Under the pieces are notes generated by a model. That model did no database searches. It had not been told where the DNA came from and worked only from the letters and a program-made list of their open reading frames with translations. A stretch of DNA of 63,585 nucleotides, the filler included, from Licmophora abbreviata (Eukaryota): NCBI GenBank assembly GCA_900291995.1. It is 20 parts of 20 records of this genome, joined end to end, with 100 filler letters (N's around TTAATTAATTAA, not from the genome) between each part and the next. Parts side by side here need not be neighbours in the genome. Positions count along the whole stretch, not along the records: positions 22,698 to 25,369 come from OLMU01001174.1; positions 25,470 to 28,345 come from OLMU01001175.1; positions 28,446 to 31,358 come from OLMU01001177.1; positions 31,459 to 34,202 come from OLMU01001178.1; positions 34,303 to 37,812 come from OLMU01001179.1; 15 more parts are not named here. The stretch is one strand, 5' to 3'. This document shows, piece by piece, positions 25,261 through 35,839 of this stretch. A program made the translations under genes and the position numbers. Each line of letters begins with the position of its first letter. Within the stretch, counting starts at the first letter, position 1.

Positions 25261-25469
25261 GTGGTGCCATCAATCTACTCACAATCTAGAAGTCTCTTGT
25301 GGAGTCATCGCCCATGAACATTGACGCAACAGAATCCACTCCGACCCGACCAGTGAAGGCGAACGAGGCNNNNNNNNNNNNNNNNNNNNNNNNNNNNNNN
25401 NNNNNNNNNNNNNTTAATTAATTAANNNNNNNNNNNNNNNNNNNNNNNNNNNNNNNNNNNNNNNNNNNN

Positions 25470-26064
25470 ACAGAACAAGTGCAACCAGCGCATACGTCTA
25501 TTACAAAAGGATCATACTCTGATCTATCGTTTGATGCTCGAGCAGTACGACAAACCTGACACTCCCACCCGCCGCCACATCGTCAAGGCGTACACGATGC
25601 AGCTGCGACAGCTGGACCGTGAGCTCAAGCTGCTTCGCGCCCAATGCAATGAGATCCGTCGAGCTCGTGCAGATCAAGTGAAGCAACTGAAGGCACAGCG
25701 GGTCAAGTCCGAGCGCGAGGCATACTTTCAAGTCTCCCTCAAGAAATTCCACTCGGAAGGCAAGCGCGCACCGTCTCGATACTCGTTGCAGAATCAAGAG
25801 GATCTTATCGATACCGATGAGTACTCAGAAGAAGATGGCAAGGACTTAGTAGGTTCTGTTCTGCCGACATTGCAAAGCGCCGATGAAGTCGCCAGTTTGA
25901 ATTCGATTTATCAATTGCATGCGGAAGTTCGTGTCGACTCGGAAGGGTACGAGTACTCGTCGTCCTCCTCCTCCTCCTCCGAAAGCGCCGACGCTGAGCG
26001 CAATGGTCACTTCGAGAGCGAAGGCGACAATGATGCGACGAGCTGCGCTTGCAAGCTCTTCTGA
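25470..26064 (+). CDS. Hypothetical coiled-coil protein with acidic tail, 5'-truncated
   Basis: 177-aa ORF next to a spacer, with heptad-like 'QLRQLDRELKLLRAQC'. No family recognised. Confidence 0.5.
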
Positions 26065-26195
26065 AGGATCCATTGGACATTATGCGGCGGCCACTACGCT
26101 TCCGTAGAAAAGAGAGCGCGAACCCGTGGTAAAACCTTTGTGTAGTTTCGCCTGTTCACTCCGATCCTCTCGTAGCTTTAGACCACAGCGGAGAC

Positions 26196-28214
26196 TTAGT
26201 AGATTGCATGATCGTCCATGACCGGCTGCGGCTTAAAGTGTCGATGCAGCTTCTGTCGCTCATAGAATGACAAATATTGTGGCAGATTCGCATCTCCTCG
26301 ATATTCTCCCTTGCGTCCCTCCAAAATCAAATGCCACTTTTTGTCCACTTCGTAGAGGTCCAGCATGTTGGTTTCGGGAAGCGTCCAAAACGTTACCAGA
26401 CATGCCGCAAAGGATGCATAGCCACTCCATAGAAACAAATCTTCCTCTCGGAGATGCGTCTGAAAGACGATAGCCGCGAGGAGTGCACCGACCTTGCCCG
26501 CCGCCGCCGCAATGCCATGGCACATGGTGCGCATTTCCGTTGGAAAAATCTCGGCCGAGAGCACAAAGGTTGTCGCATTCGGACCGCATTGTCCAAAGAA
26601 GGAGCTTCCCAAATACAGGATTACAAGCCACGTCGTACTCAGATGCTGGTACAAGAATCCACATCCCAGAAAGAGAGTTCCCGTTATTAAAAATCCATAT
26701 TGCTGCAACCCCAGTCGACCGATACGGGGATGATCAATAAGCTGCGCTGCAGCAAAATATCCCAACAACGCCACAAAGGCGTTCAAGAGAGCCGCACCAC
26801 TGAGTTCCAACAATGTCGTTTGATTGCCAACGAGTGCAAGTAGAAACACGCTTTGAAATAACTTGTTGCCATAAAAGGCGACATCCCACAACAACCAGGA
26901 GAGCGACGCACCCATCAACCGAACTCCATAGTACTTGAGAAGTAGGGGAAAATGCGATTGCTGTGTCACTTGTAGTTCGAGTTCATCGTCTTCGATTGTA
27001 GGCATCGCTTGAATCTCAAGATAGTCTTCATCTGACTGCACAACGGAAGGCGTCGACAGGGATGACACGGACGAGACCGATCGTAGAATAGCTCCGGGTG
27101 CGTCAAGTGGACGACCATGCGTCGTAGGCGCATCAAGAGGTTGATGCGGAAATATCACTTTGTGGGTCACTGGATTGCTGTTGTCTAGCTTCTTCAAAGA
27201 CTGGTTGCGTTGTCGCCTGTCTTGTTGCCAAACCGGACTTTCCGAAAGATGTCGCAATCTTGATACCACAACATAGGATAGAATTAAGGCCGCCACGATA
27301 TAGAGAAGACGCCAGATCCAAAGCAGAGAGTTGGAGGAATAGTACTGACCCAATGTAGAATTGTTGTTCGAGTTGTAGTAGGGATTGTATCCAGACTTGT
27401 GTCGTGTAACCCAGAGTAGCAGTGTCATCAAGATGCTATTGAAGAATATACCCATGCCCTGCATGGCAAACACCATCTGCACGCGCCGGCCTCGGCGGAT
27501 CGGCGGGTGAAGAGCGATCGGAAAATTCGGAGCTGCCGTCGCCGTCGTGGATGGTTTCATCAATCCATCGTTCATGAGCGTTTGTTCCTGCTCACCTGCA
27601 GCATAGGTATCCTGCACTAGCGGTGGTTGGTATGTGCCGTCCCGCCCCTGTTCTTGTTCTTCTTGTTTCATTCGTTGTCGCAATTCATCCATCGCTCGCT
27701 CACTCGCCGACGACGCCGACAGCGGGTACTCTCCTCCGACACCGACTCCAAAGACAAACATGAAGAAGCTCATAGTGTTGACCATAGTCGCACTACTGCT
27801 ACTTTGGTCTGTACTACTGGATACCAGACTCACAAGCGTGAGTCCCCAGGCGCCAGTGCACATGATGAGCGCCGTGAGGATGCTCCCTTTCCGCCGTCCG
27901 ATAAAGTTGCTCATGGTGCCGAGGAGGAGCATGCCAAAAATGACTCCCAGTACCACCGAGTAGCCCAAGGACTTCAATGCTCGTTCACTGCAGCTCTGTT
28001 GATAGACAAAGCATGTGGGGAAAAGTGCTTCCCAGAGGGGTTTCAGAGTCCCAACGCTGAACAGTAGGTAGGATTCGCCAAACAGACCCATTCCGGGCCA
28101 CCCGCTTTCCTTCCACCACGATTGCAGAGAGCTCAGCATGCCTTGTGAAGCGGCATACGGGTCTTCTCTAGAGTCGCGATCCACCTCGAGCGGCGTCCTT
28201 GCAGGAGAAGGCAT
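26196..28214 (-). CDS. MFS phosphate:H+ symporter family protein (PHO84/PHT1-like)
   Basis: Motifs 'GVGVGGEYPLSA..ASE', 'RRGRRVQMVFAMQGMG', 'SWLLWDVAFYGNKLFQS' and 'GPNATTFVLSAEIFPTEMRTMCHGIAAAAGKVGA'. Confidence 0.88.
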   Translation of the reverse strand: MPSPARTPLEVDRDSREDPYAASQGMLSSLQSWWKESGWPGMGLFGESYLLFSVGTLKPLWEALFPTCFVYQQSCSERALKSLGYSVVLGVIFGMLLLGTMSNFIGRRKGSILTALIMCTGAWGLTLVSLVSSSTDQSSSSATMVNTMSFFMFVFGVGVGGEYPLSASSASERAMDELRQRMKQEEQEQGRDGTYQPPLVQDTYAAGEQEQTLMNDGLMKPSTTATAAPNFPIALHPPIRRGRRVQMVFAMQGMGIFFNSILMTLLLWVTRHKSGYNPYYNSNNNSTLGQYYSSNSLLWIWRLLYIVAALILSYVVVSRLRHLSESPVWQQDRRQRNQSLKKLDNSNPVTHKVIFPHQPLDAPTTHGRPLDAPGAILRSVSSVSSLSTPSVVQSDEDYLEIQAMPTIEDDELELQVTQQSHFPLLLKYYGVRLMGASLSWLLWDVAFYGNKLFQSVFLLALVGNQTTLLELSGAALLNAFVALLGYFAAAQLIDHPRIGRLGLQQYGFLITGTLFLGCGFLYQHLSTTWLVILYLGSSFFGQCGPNATTFVLSAEIFPTEMRTMCHGIAAAAGKVGALLAAIVFQTHLREEDLFLWSGYASFAACLVTFWTLPETNMLDLYEVDKKWHLILEGRKGEYRGDANLPQYLSFYERQKLHRHFKPQPVMDDHAIY

Positions 28215-28510
28215 GGTCGGTCGACAAGGATGGCGGATGAGCTCTGGTCCTCGTCATGGTCTGGGTCCGGCTGCTTTATCGTTCACTCGATCCTTGAGGA
28301 GGACTGACTTGTATGTATAAGTTTCAATGGTCCGGCGTCATTGGANNNNNNNNNNNNNNNNNNNNNNNNNNNNNNNNNNNNNNNNNNNNTTAATTAATTA
28401 ANNNNNNNNNNNNNNNNNNNNNNNNNNNNNNNNNNNNNNNNNNNNCAGTTGTCCAAGACATACTGTTCAACGTATGAGATGCAGGCGTCTACTTGTTGTG
28501 AAGCACCACC

Positions 28511-29689
28511 ATGGCAGCATCCGCAGCAGAAGTACTTGTAATCGGGGCCGGTGCAGCTGGTCTCACCGCAGCGTATGACTTGAAGCGCGAGGGCGTCGAA
28601 GTCTTGGTGCTCGAGGCTACTTCGATGATGGGAGGTCGAGTTCGAAAGTTGGAGGGTTTTGCAGACTTTCCGATGGACCTCGGCGGTGAATGGATTCCTC
28701 GCGTCGGTCCTCGGATCCTCGACAAGATTGTCGATGATCCCAGTATCAAGGTCGACGTCAAGACGACACGATACAATGTGAAGGTCCTAAGGGGGTGGCA
28801 GACTGACGGAAAATGGACGGATCTGAAGTGTGATTTGTCCACTGACTATAAATTTTCTGGATCTACGTGGTATGACTTCTTTCATGACTACATCGGCAAG
28901 TCGCTCGAGGGCCGTATCAAGTACGACCGTGTTGTGCATACAATCGATTACTCTTCGACCGACAGGCGGGTCATCGTCCTCTGTGAAGATGGGTCGGTCT
29001 TTCAGTCTGATCAAGTGATTGTCACTGTTCCACTCAAAATACTGCAAGATGGAGACATCATGTTCGACCCGCCACTCGCTCCTGAAAGGACACGGGCACT
29101 TCAACAAGCGACATTCGGATCGGGTCTGAAGGTGTTTATCGAGTTTACCGAGAAGTTCTATCATGACAGGTTTGGCTTTTTCAACGACTACGATACTCAA
29201 CTTAATGATGATGCAGGAGAGCGATGCTTTTACGATGCATGCTATGGGCAGGACACAGTAAAGCATATTATGGGCATCGCGATGGTCGGCGATCCTGCCC
29301 AGAGATTTCTAGGCCTAGATGACGACGAGGTTGTTCATGAGCTTTTGAAGGAACTCGATGAGGCGTACAAGGGCATTGCGTCCAGCACATTTGTGAAAAG
29401 TCATGTCCTGAATTGGTACAATGAGCCGTATGCTCGCGGTTCCTACTCGACGTATGAAAACGGAACCGAGCCCATGATTGAACTTTCAAAAGATGTGGAT
29501 CGCCGACTTTTCTTCGCCGGAGAGCACCTTCCGTGGGGAGACCCAACACAATATGGCTATGTACACGGGGCCGCTCTGTCGGGTCGAGCTGCTGCCACTT
29601 CCGTCTGTAGTGTCCGCGATCGACAGGATCCTCCTACTGCTCACGGGAGGCGCCATTGTTGTGCGAAAGCGTTTTGTCTTTCTGTCTGA
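28511..29689 (+). CDS. Flavin-containing amine oxidase family protein
   Basis: Motifs VIGAGAAG, 'LEA...GGRV', 'DLGGEWI', 'VIVTVPL', 'WYNEPYARGSYS' and 'LFFAGEH...GYVHGAALSG'. Confidence 0.9.
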   Translation: MAASAAEVLVIGAGAAGLTAAYDLKREGVEVLVLEATSMMGGRVRKLEGFADFPMDLGGEWIPRVGPRILDKIVDDPSIKVDVKTTRYNVKVLRGWQTDGKWTDLKCDLSTDYKFSGSTWYDFFHDYIGKSLEGRIKYDRVVHTIDYSSTDRRVIVLCEDGSVFQSDQVIVTVPLKILQDGDIMFDPPLAPERTRALQQATFGSGLKVFIEFTEKFYHDRFGFFNDYDTQLNDDAGERCFYDACYGQDTVKHIMGIAMVGDPAQRFLGLDDDEVVHELLKELDEAYKGIASSTFVKSHVLNWYNEPYARGSYSTYENGTEPMIELSKDVDRRLFFAGEHLPWGDPTQYGYVHGAALSGRAAATSVCSVRDRQDPPTAHGRRHCCAKAFCLSV

Positions 29690-29880
29690 GTCAAGCTCAA
29701 CGATAGTTGAGGCGGTCTGTAAAATGCGCTGGTCAATATATACGACGTTCATTGTACATGAGACAAAATAGGACGACGATTTCTCGTTGAACCATGATGA
29801 AGCTCCCACAGTCTACCCTTACGTCATTAGGCTAAAAGGCTAGCTGCTGATCGGCCAAGGCTGCTTCTCGAAGGTCTAGC

Positions 29881-30474
29881 TCACTCTCGAGTCCCGGGAT
29901 CAAGACTGCTCTCGAAACTACTTGAGAATGAAGGCTGTCCCATGTCCCCTGTCGCGGCCTCGTCCTCTCTAGAGCCCCTCATTCGCGCCACCATGATGGA
30001 GTCCTGAGAGAAGCTTTCACCACTGTCGTCCTCGATCTCAGCGTTTCTCTCTGGTTTCGGGTCGAATGCCGTCAACGCATGCATTGTCTTTGTAAGTTCG
30101 CTCAGTCTCTTCTCCCTTTGCCGGCGAGATTCCATGTTCGCTTCCTCGGACGGCGTTTCCCCGGACAACCGTCGAGTGCTGAGCTCATCGTGGAGCTCAA
30201 GCATCATATCGTTCTGCTTCGTAAGGAGCAACTTTAACTTCTCCAAGTGAGCCTGCAGTATCACAACATGTTCTGTCTTGTATTCGAGGAGATCGAGAGA
30301 TCTGGAAAGCTCGTCCCAAAGAACAGAGTTTCTCTTTTCTTCCTCTTGAGCAGGCGAGTCCTCTTGGTCCCTGCTGCTATTGGAAGAATCGGTCAGAATC
30401 TGCTCCTCGTCGCATTCTCGGGAGACTCCCTCCGATTGCGATTCATTCTTGGCACCTAGTGTTGGTCCATTCAT
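29881..30474 (-). CDS. Hypothetical acidic/coiled-coil protein
   Basis: 197-aa ATG-started ORF with a Leu heptad stretch. No domain recognised. Confidence 0.5.
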   Translation of the reverse strand: MNGPTLGAKNESQSEGVSRECDEEQILTDSSNSSRDQEDSPAQEEEKRNSVLWDELSRSLDLLEYKTEHVVILQAHLEKLKLLLTKQNDMMLELHDELSTRRLSGETPSEEANMESRRQREKRLSELTKTMHALTAFDPKPERNAEIEDDSGESFSQDSIMVARMRGSREDEAATGDMGQPSFSSSFESSLDPGTRE

Positions 30475-31000
30475 CGTCCTTCTTTGTCTCTTGTGATTCG
30501 TTTCTATACTACGAGTGTCAGTTCAACTTAAATATTCTTGCCACGAACTCGAAGCGCAATATATAGTGACGATGGAGAGGGCAATGATCCACGTTTGTGC
30601 GTGTGATTCTACCACGTCGATACTCCAATGGCACAGTGTGTGCATGGGTACCGCCAGCGCAGGCGCACTGACCGGCACGGGGCACATGTTGTGTTGCTTC
30701 CGGGCAATCCAAAGAAGTTCAAAATAGGACATTCGCAGTACCGGTGCGACATTCTCTAGTGGAAGGCTTTCTGAAAATATGAGTCTCATGGATTCCACAT
30801 TCCTTCCCCACCTCCGCGCGCGCACACCACACACTTTCGAACTTGCAGTGCATGATGTCACATCATCATCACGAAACAGCCGGCACCAAACTCGAAACTG
30901 AGAAATGCTTTCGTCATCACCTCTCACCATCACAGAACACAGAAAAATGAGGTGACGGTGGACGGTGGCATCGACAACGCGTTTGTTCTGCTGTAGGAAG

Positions 31001-31358
31001 ATGAGGGTCGTCTTGAGTGCTCTTCACCGCCATGGCCGGAACCTGCCTCGTCAGGTGATAAGGCACCCTCGGTATCAAGCGCAGCTTGTGAATGTCCATT
31101 TTCTGTCTACTGCCAAGCCTTCGGAAGAGGACAAGGAGTCGACACAGACTACTACTACTTCGCGTGGCATGCCAGTCAAAAAGGAAAAGCCTTGGTTGCT
31201 GAATCTGGGAATTCCTTCGCTACTTCCAGAATGGCGCAAAATGCTAAAACCCTCGTCGACACTCTTGACGGACGTTTCTGCCGGAATTACGGTAGGCTGT
31301 GTGGCCGTACCTCTGTCGCTGGCCATCGCCGTCGCGAGTGGAGTCCCACAGAAGTAGG
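31001..31358 (+). CDS. SulP/SLC26 anion transporter, 5' part (apparent 1-nt deletion near 31348 at the contig edge)
   Basis: 'DVSAGITVGCVAVPLSLAIAVASGVP(A)EVG' is the SulP N-terminal signature. It is preceded by an Arg-rich presequence-like segment. Confidence 0.8.
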
Positions 31359-31458
31359 NNNNNNNNNNNNNNNNNNNNNNNNNNNNNNNNNNNNNNNNNN
31401 NNTTAATTAATTAANNNNNNNNNNNNNNNNNNNNNNNNNNNNNNNNNNNNNNNNNNNN

Positions 31459-32888
31459 TTGAAACCATCGCCTTCATCGGCGAGAATATCGGCAGCATCA
31501 ATCCTTCGGCCGCCGGCCTCGCCGTGTTTACGTCGGCTTCCATGTTTCTGTTGCCAAAATTGCATAGCAAAATGCCATCGGCCTTGTTGGCCGTAGGCGG
31601 TGCTACCGCCGCCACCCATGGCTTTGGTTTGGACGTGGCTCTCATTGGAACCATTCCCAGTGGCCTCGAGGCCTTTCAGTTCGTCATGCCGACGATACCC
31701 TCCGTGGAATCCCTCCCATCATTGGGAGCCACTATCTTTTTGATTTACGCCATGACTAGCGCCGAGTCTCTCTTGAGCTGCGCCGCCCTTGAAAAAATGA
31801 AAAAGACATCCTACCAACACAACCCGGATCAAGAATTAGTCGGACAAGGATTGGCCAATATTGGGGCCGCCATGTTTGCTGGTATGCCAGTCACATCTGT
31901 GATTGCCCGATCTGGTCTCAACGTCAAGTTGGGCGCCGAAAGCAGGCTGCCCGCTCTCGTGCAAGCGGGATTTGTCTTTAGCAGTGTGGTCTTTCTGAGT
32001 GACAGCATTGCCACCATTCCCATGCCAGCTTTGAGTGGAATGCTCATTTCGACTGGCATTGGCATGTTAAGCCCAATAGAATTCAAGCACTGCTTTGCCG
32101 TCCAGAAGCTCGATACAATTCCATTCTTAATGACGATTGGAGGAATGATCTCCTTTGGGCTTGCAGAAGGGATTGGTATCGGATGCGCGTCGGCGTGGGC
32201 TCTCAATTACGACTATGGCAAGTTGGACGTGAAAGAAGTGGAATTGCAGCACAAGGAGAAGAGCAGCACGGAAGATCATCTCGAATTTAGCGAATTTGAG
32301 TTGCAATTGCCCAAGGAAGGAGCAACGGCTACTGAAAGCCCCGCCAAGACTACAATTGGTTGGCAATTGAGGGGACCTCTTAACTTTGCTTCCATGTTTG
32401 AAATCGATGGTTTGATTCATAGAATTGAAGATAAGAAGACGAACGAAAAGGTGATTGTCCTTGAGACCAAGGAACCAACTTCCGTCGAGTTTACGGGTGA
32501 CAAAGAGCTAGTTCATCGATTGGTGGAAGTCGCCGAGCAGAATCCGGGACTATCCGTCAGTATTCGAGAGCCAAAGCAGGACGAGAAGGTGATTGTCCTC
32601 GATATGCAGGAAACGACATCTGTTGAATTCACCGGTGTCGAAGAAGTGGTCAATCGTTTGGTGGAAGTCACCGAACAGAATCCGGGAACAAGCATTCAAA
32701 TGTGGAACTGCCATGAGGATCTTTTGAAGGCTCTGCAACAGTGCGACCCCTCGGAACGCATTGCGCGGTTTGGCAGTACGACCTCGGATGGGTCTCCCTA
32801 TCATTTTCCACCAAAGGAAGAAGCATCTTTGCCGAAAGCAGTACCGTACTGGTATGATTCGCCAAATTTTCGACCAGATGCCAAGTAA
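31459..32888 (+). CDS. SulP/SLC26 anion transporter, 3' part with STAS-like domain
   Basis: 'AESLLSCAALEKM...HNPDQELVGQGLANI...PVTSVIARSGLNVKLGAESR', 'IPMPALSGML' and STAS 'LRGPLNFAS...VIVLDMQETTSVEFTG'. Confidence 0.88.
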
Positions 32889-33204
32889 ACAGTCTCTACT
32901 CTACATGGTTCGAAGGCTACGGTACCATCCAGGGGTGCCAGGAACACGCTGATCGATGGGCCCACGACTGACTCATTGAAGTACCCAGCTGGCACGACGA
33001 TGCGAAGACTTATGTACGAATTAACCTAAGGCTGCCAAACCCTGCAGAAACGAGTAGAACAACAAAGCGATCAAAGACGAACGCCCACGAGATGTGTGAA
33101 TGCGCGTTAGACTACTTCTTTTGGGAATTGTGATTATAAAGTTGCATGTTTCAACAAACAAGTGTCCATACGATAGTCGGACCTCCCTCGCGGTTAGACA
33201 GCAT

Positions 33205-34068
33205 TCAAGCCAAGATACTAGAGTCGACATACTGGAACTGGTCGTCCGTATCGATGCTAGGCCACACCTTCATTTTGTACAGTTTGTCGCTTTTCGAGCC
33301 TTTGTCTCGCCTTCCTTTGACAAAGTGACTGTGGCGAACAAGGTGTTCGCTCCACCGCATAAAGACGGGCAGCACGCATATTTTCGCCAGTTTTGTAATC
33401 CAGGTCAAGACCTGCTCATCCACAGCTCCGACGGTGCGCAGTGTCACGTTGGCCTTTTTGTAACAGAATAATAAGCAATAGACCGCCTGCGACGAGCTCT
33501 GAAAGGCCCCGTGTTGGTGTCGATAAGGCCTGCCTGCGCCCCAAACATGAGTCTTTATTTCAATATGCGCCGACTGCGTAGGCAGGAAGATATCGGAACT
33601 TGTGCCTCTTGTCTCGGCCGTGGGCGGAACGCAAAACGCGTCCAAGACCTGTTGGATTCCAGGACACACGACTCGCAGTGCTCTTGAAAAGGCCTCGCAA
33701 CATAGTTCATGGGTGATGTGATTCTTCAGATTGGTCATGGGCCGCGGATCGGAGGATGATTCGGGACGAGGACCGTAGAGCTTGTCGACCAATACCACCG
33801 TCTCCCGCGTCGCCCGGGGACTCGCCGGCTCCGCATGAAAGTCTAAACAGCCCCTTCCTTTGATGAACTGCCGTAAATGCTGTCGATGACAGCGCTCCAA
33901 GGGAAGGTCGGTCAAAAGCTTGAGAGAGAAGCGCTCCCAGAGGTCCGTCGACGGCCACAACGTCATTTGCTGCAGCAGAGCTGTTTGGGGGTCCTGTTCG
34001 CGGCGCTTGATAGGTCCTCGTTCGTCATCGGCGTCATCTTGGCGACACCGTTTTCCTAGATCGTTCAT
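33205..34068 (-). CDS. Hypothetical protein with a PD-(D/E)XK nuclease-like motif
   Basis: 287-aa ATG ORF containing 'SSDIFLPTQSAHIEIKT' followed by a hydrophobic strand 'VYCLLFCY'. Basic NLS-like N-terminus (KRCR...IKRR). Confidence 0.55.
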   Translation of the reverse strand: MNDLGKRCRQDDADDERGPIKRREQDPQTALLQQMTLWPSTDLWERFSLKLLTDLPLERCHRQHLRQFIKGRGCLDFHAEPASPRATRETVVLVDKLYGPRPESSSDPRPMTNLKNHITHELCCEAFSRALRVVCPGIQQVLDAFCVPPTAETRGTSSDIFLPTQSAHIEIKTHVWGAGRPYRHQHGAFQSSSQAVYCLLFCYKKANVTLRTVGAVDEQVLTWITKLAKICVLPVFMRWSEHLVRHSHFVKGRRDKGSKSDKLYKMKVWPSIDTDDQFQYVDSSILA

Positions 34069-34418
34069 CTTTTTCTATTCTTTGAATCTCAAGCTAAAGA
34101 TCGACAAGCACGTGAGGCGAGTGGGGCTACCAGCACAGTGAGAGGCGCCGCGGTGGAGAAAACATCATGTTCAGGCATCACAGATGGTGTATGTGTGTTC
34201 ATNNNNNNNNNNNNNNNNNNNNNNNNNNNNNNNNNNNNNNNNNNNNTTAATTAATTAANNNNNNNNNNNNNNNNNNNNNNNNNNNNNNNNNNNNNNNNNN
34301 NNTGTGCATAGTCGCCATGCAACGCCAACTCATTGTGAAGTACGTAGTACTCTCCTATATGAAATATCTTGCGAAAACTAAAAGAAGCTTAAGTCGACTA
34401 CAGCACAAGCAGTAGTAG

Positions 34419-35504
34419 CTACTTGTTTGTAAACTTGGGCTCTCGTTTCTCCAGAAAGGCCGCCATGCCCTACAGAGAAACGAGTAGAATGAATCAATCG
34501 ATCAATCGGATGAGACGCACACCCCGATCTCGGTATATGAAAACACATGCATACATGTTTCTTGTTCCCACTCACCTCCTTTTGGTCGTCCGTTGCAAAC
34601 AAAGCATGGAACAAACGACGTTCGAATCGTAGTCCCTCCTGGAGAGACAAGTCTTCGGCCGCGTTGACTGCTTCTTTCGCCATGAGCACCGACACACGTC
34701 CCTTCTTGGCAATAATTTGAGCCATTTTTACACTTTCTTCCACAAGATGCTCTGCGGGATACACTTTTGCCACCAACCCGGCACTGTAGGCTTCCTCGGC
34801 ACTCATGCGTTCTCCCGTCAGTACCATGTGCATGCACTTGGACTTGCCAACGGCTCGAAGCAAGCGTTGCGTTCCACCGGCTCCGGGAATAACTCCCAGG
34901 TTAATTTCAGGCTGACCAAACTGGGCGCGGTCGCCGGCCACCATAATGTCGCACATCATGGCAAGTTCGCAGCCTCCGCCCAGAGCAAAGCCATTGACTG
35001 CTGCAATGACTGGCTTCGACAGAGTCGTGAACTCGGCCCACTGAGCAAACATGTTCTGGAGAAGAAGGCGAAAAAGTGCAAAGCAGGGATGTTGTTATGA
35101 GACAAGGCATGTGTCGTTTGGTCGATACTTGTAGTGACACACACACGCACCTGAGTGTACACTTGATCAAAAGATCTCGATTGCATTTCACTGATATCCG
35201 CTCCCGCTGCAAAGGCTTTCGGACCTCCCGTGAGTACCATGCACCCAATATCCTCCTGTGCATCTAACGCACGTCCCGCATGAATCAAATCGTCAAACAG
35301 AGCGTCACAGAGCGCATTCAAGGCCTTGGGACGGTTCAAGGTGATGACACCGACACCGCCCTCGCGCTGCTCGACCTTGACAAACTCGTAGTCGTCCTTG
35401 AGCGTTTCGGTGTGTTTGAATCGCAGTGTGCGCAAAGTAGAATAAACGGGAAGAGAGGCGCGAGCCGCAAAATGCGACAAGGAGGTTGCGGAGCGGCGCA
35501 GCAT
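34419..35504 (-). CDS. ECHS1: Mitochondrial short-chain enoyl-CoA hydratase (crotonase), two introns
   Basis: Motifs '[10 protein letters not shown]', '[11 protein letters not shown]', '[19 protein letters not shown]', '[19 protein letters not shown]' and '[13 protein letters not shown]'. Presequence [12 protein letters not shown]. Confidence 0.93.
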
Positions 35505-35575
35505 GCTGAGGTTCGCCGTGGTATATGATTGTGGTGGTCGTCGATGTGATCGAAGCGGATGTTGCAAATTGAAAA

Positions 35576-35773
35576 TGACGCGTCGAAATCTTTTTGATGT
35601 TCGGGAGGGTGATGGTTACTGACGCGCGTGGTATGTCGCGCGTTTGGACGCAGCGTCGCCGGCGCGCTTTTTGAATAGTTCACTCTGGCCAGAAGACGGA
35701 AGACATTGACGTCATGGGAGTCTCGCAAAGAAACGTACCTTGACGCCGTGACGAATTTCGGAAGTTGTGACGT
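35576..35773. promoter_or_regulatory. Cluster of six TGACG (bZIP/CRE-like) elements in the divergent ECH/NRT2 promoter
   Basis: TGACGC at 35576, 35620 and 35741; palindromic TGACGTCA at 35707; TGACGA at 35749; TGACGT at 35768. Confidence 0.55.
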
Positions 35774-35839
35774 TCTCATCAGTTTCGACCATGGCGCTGC
35801 TGCCTTTCGTCGCCTCCTTTCAACAATTATTCTCCTGTC

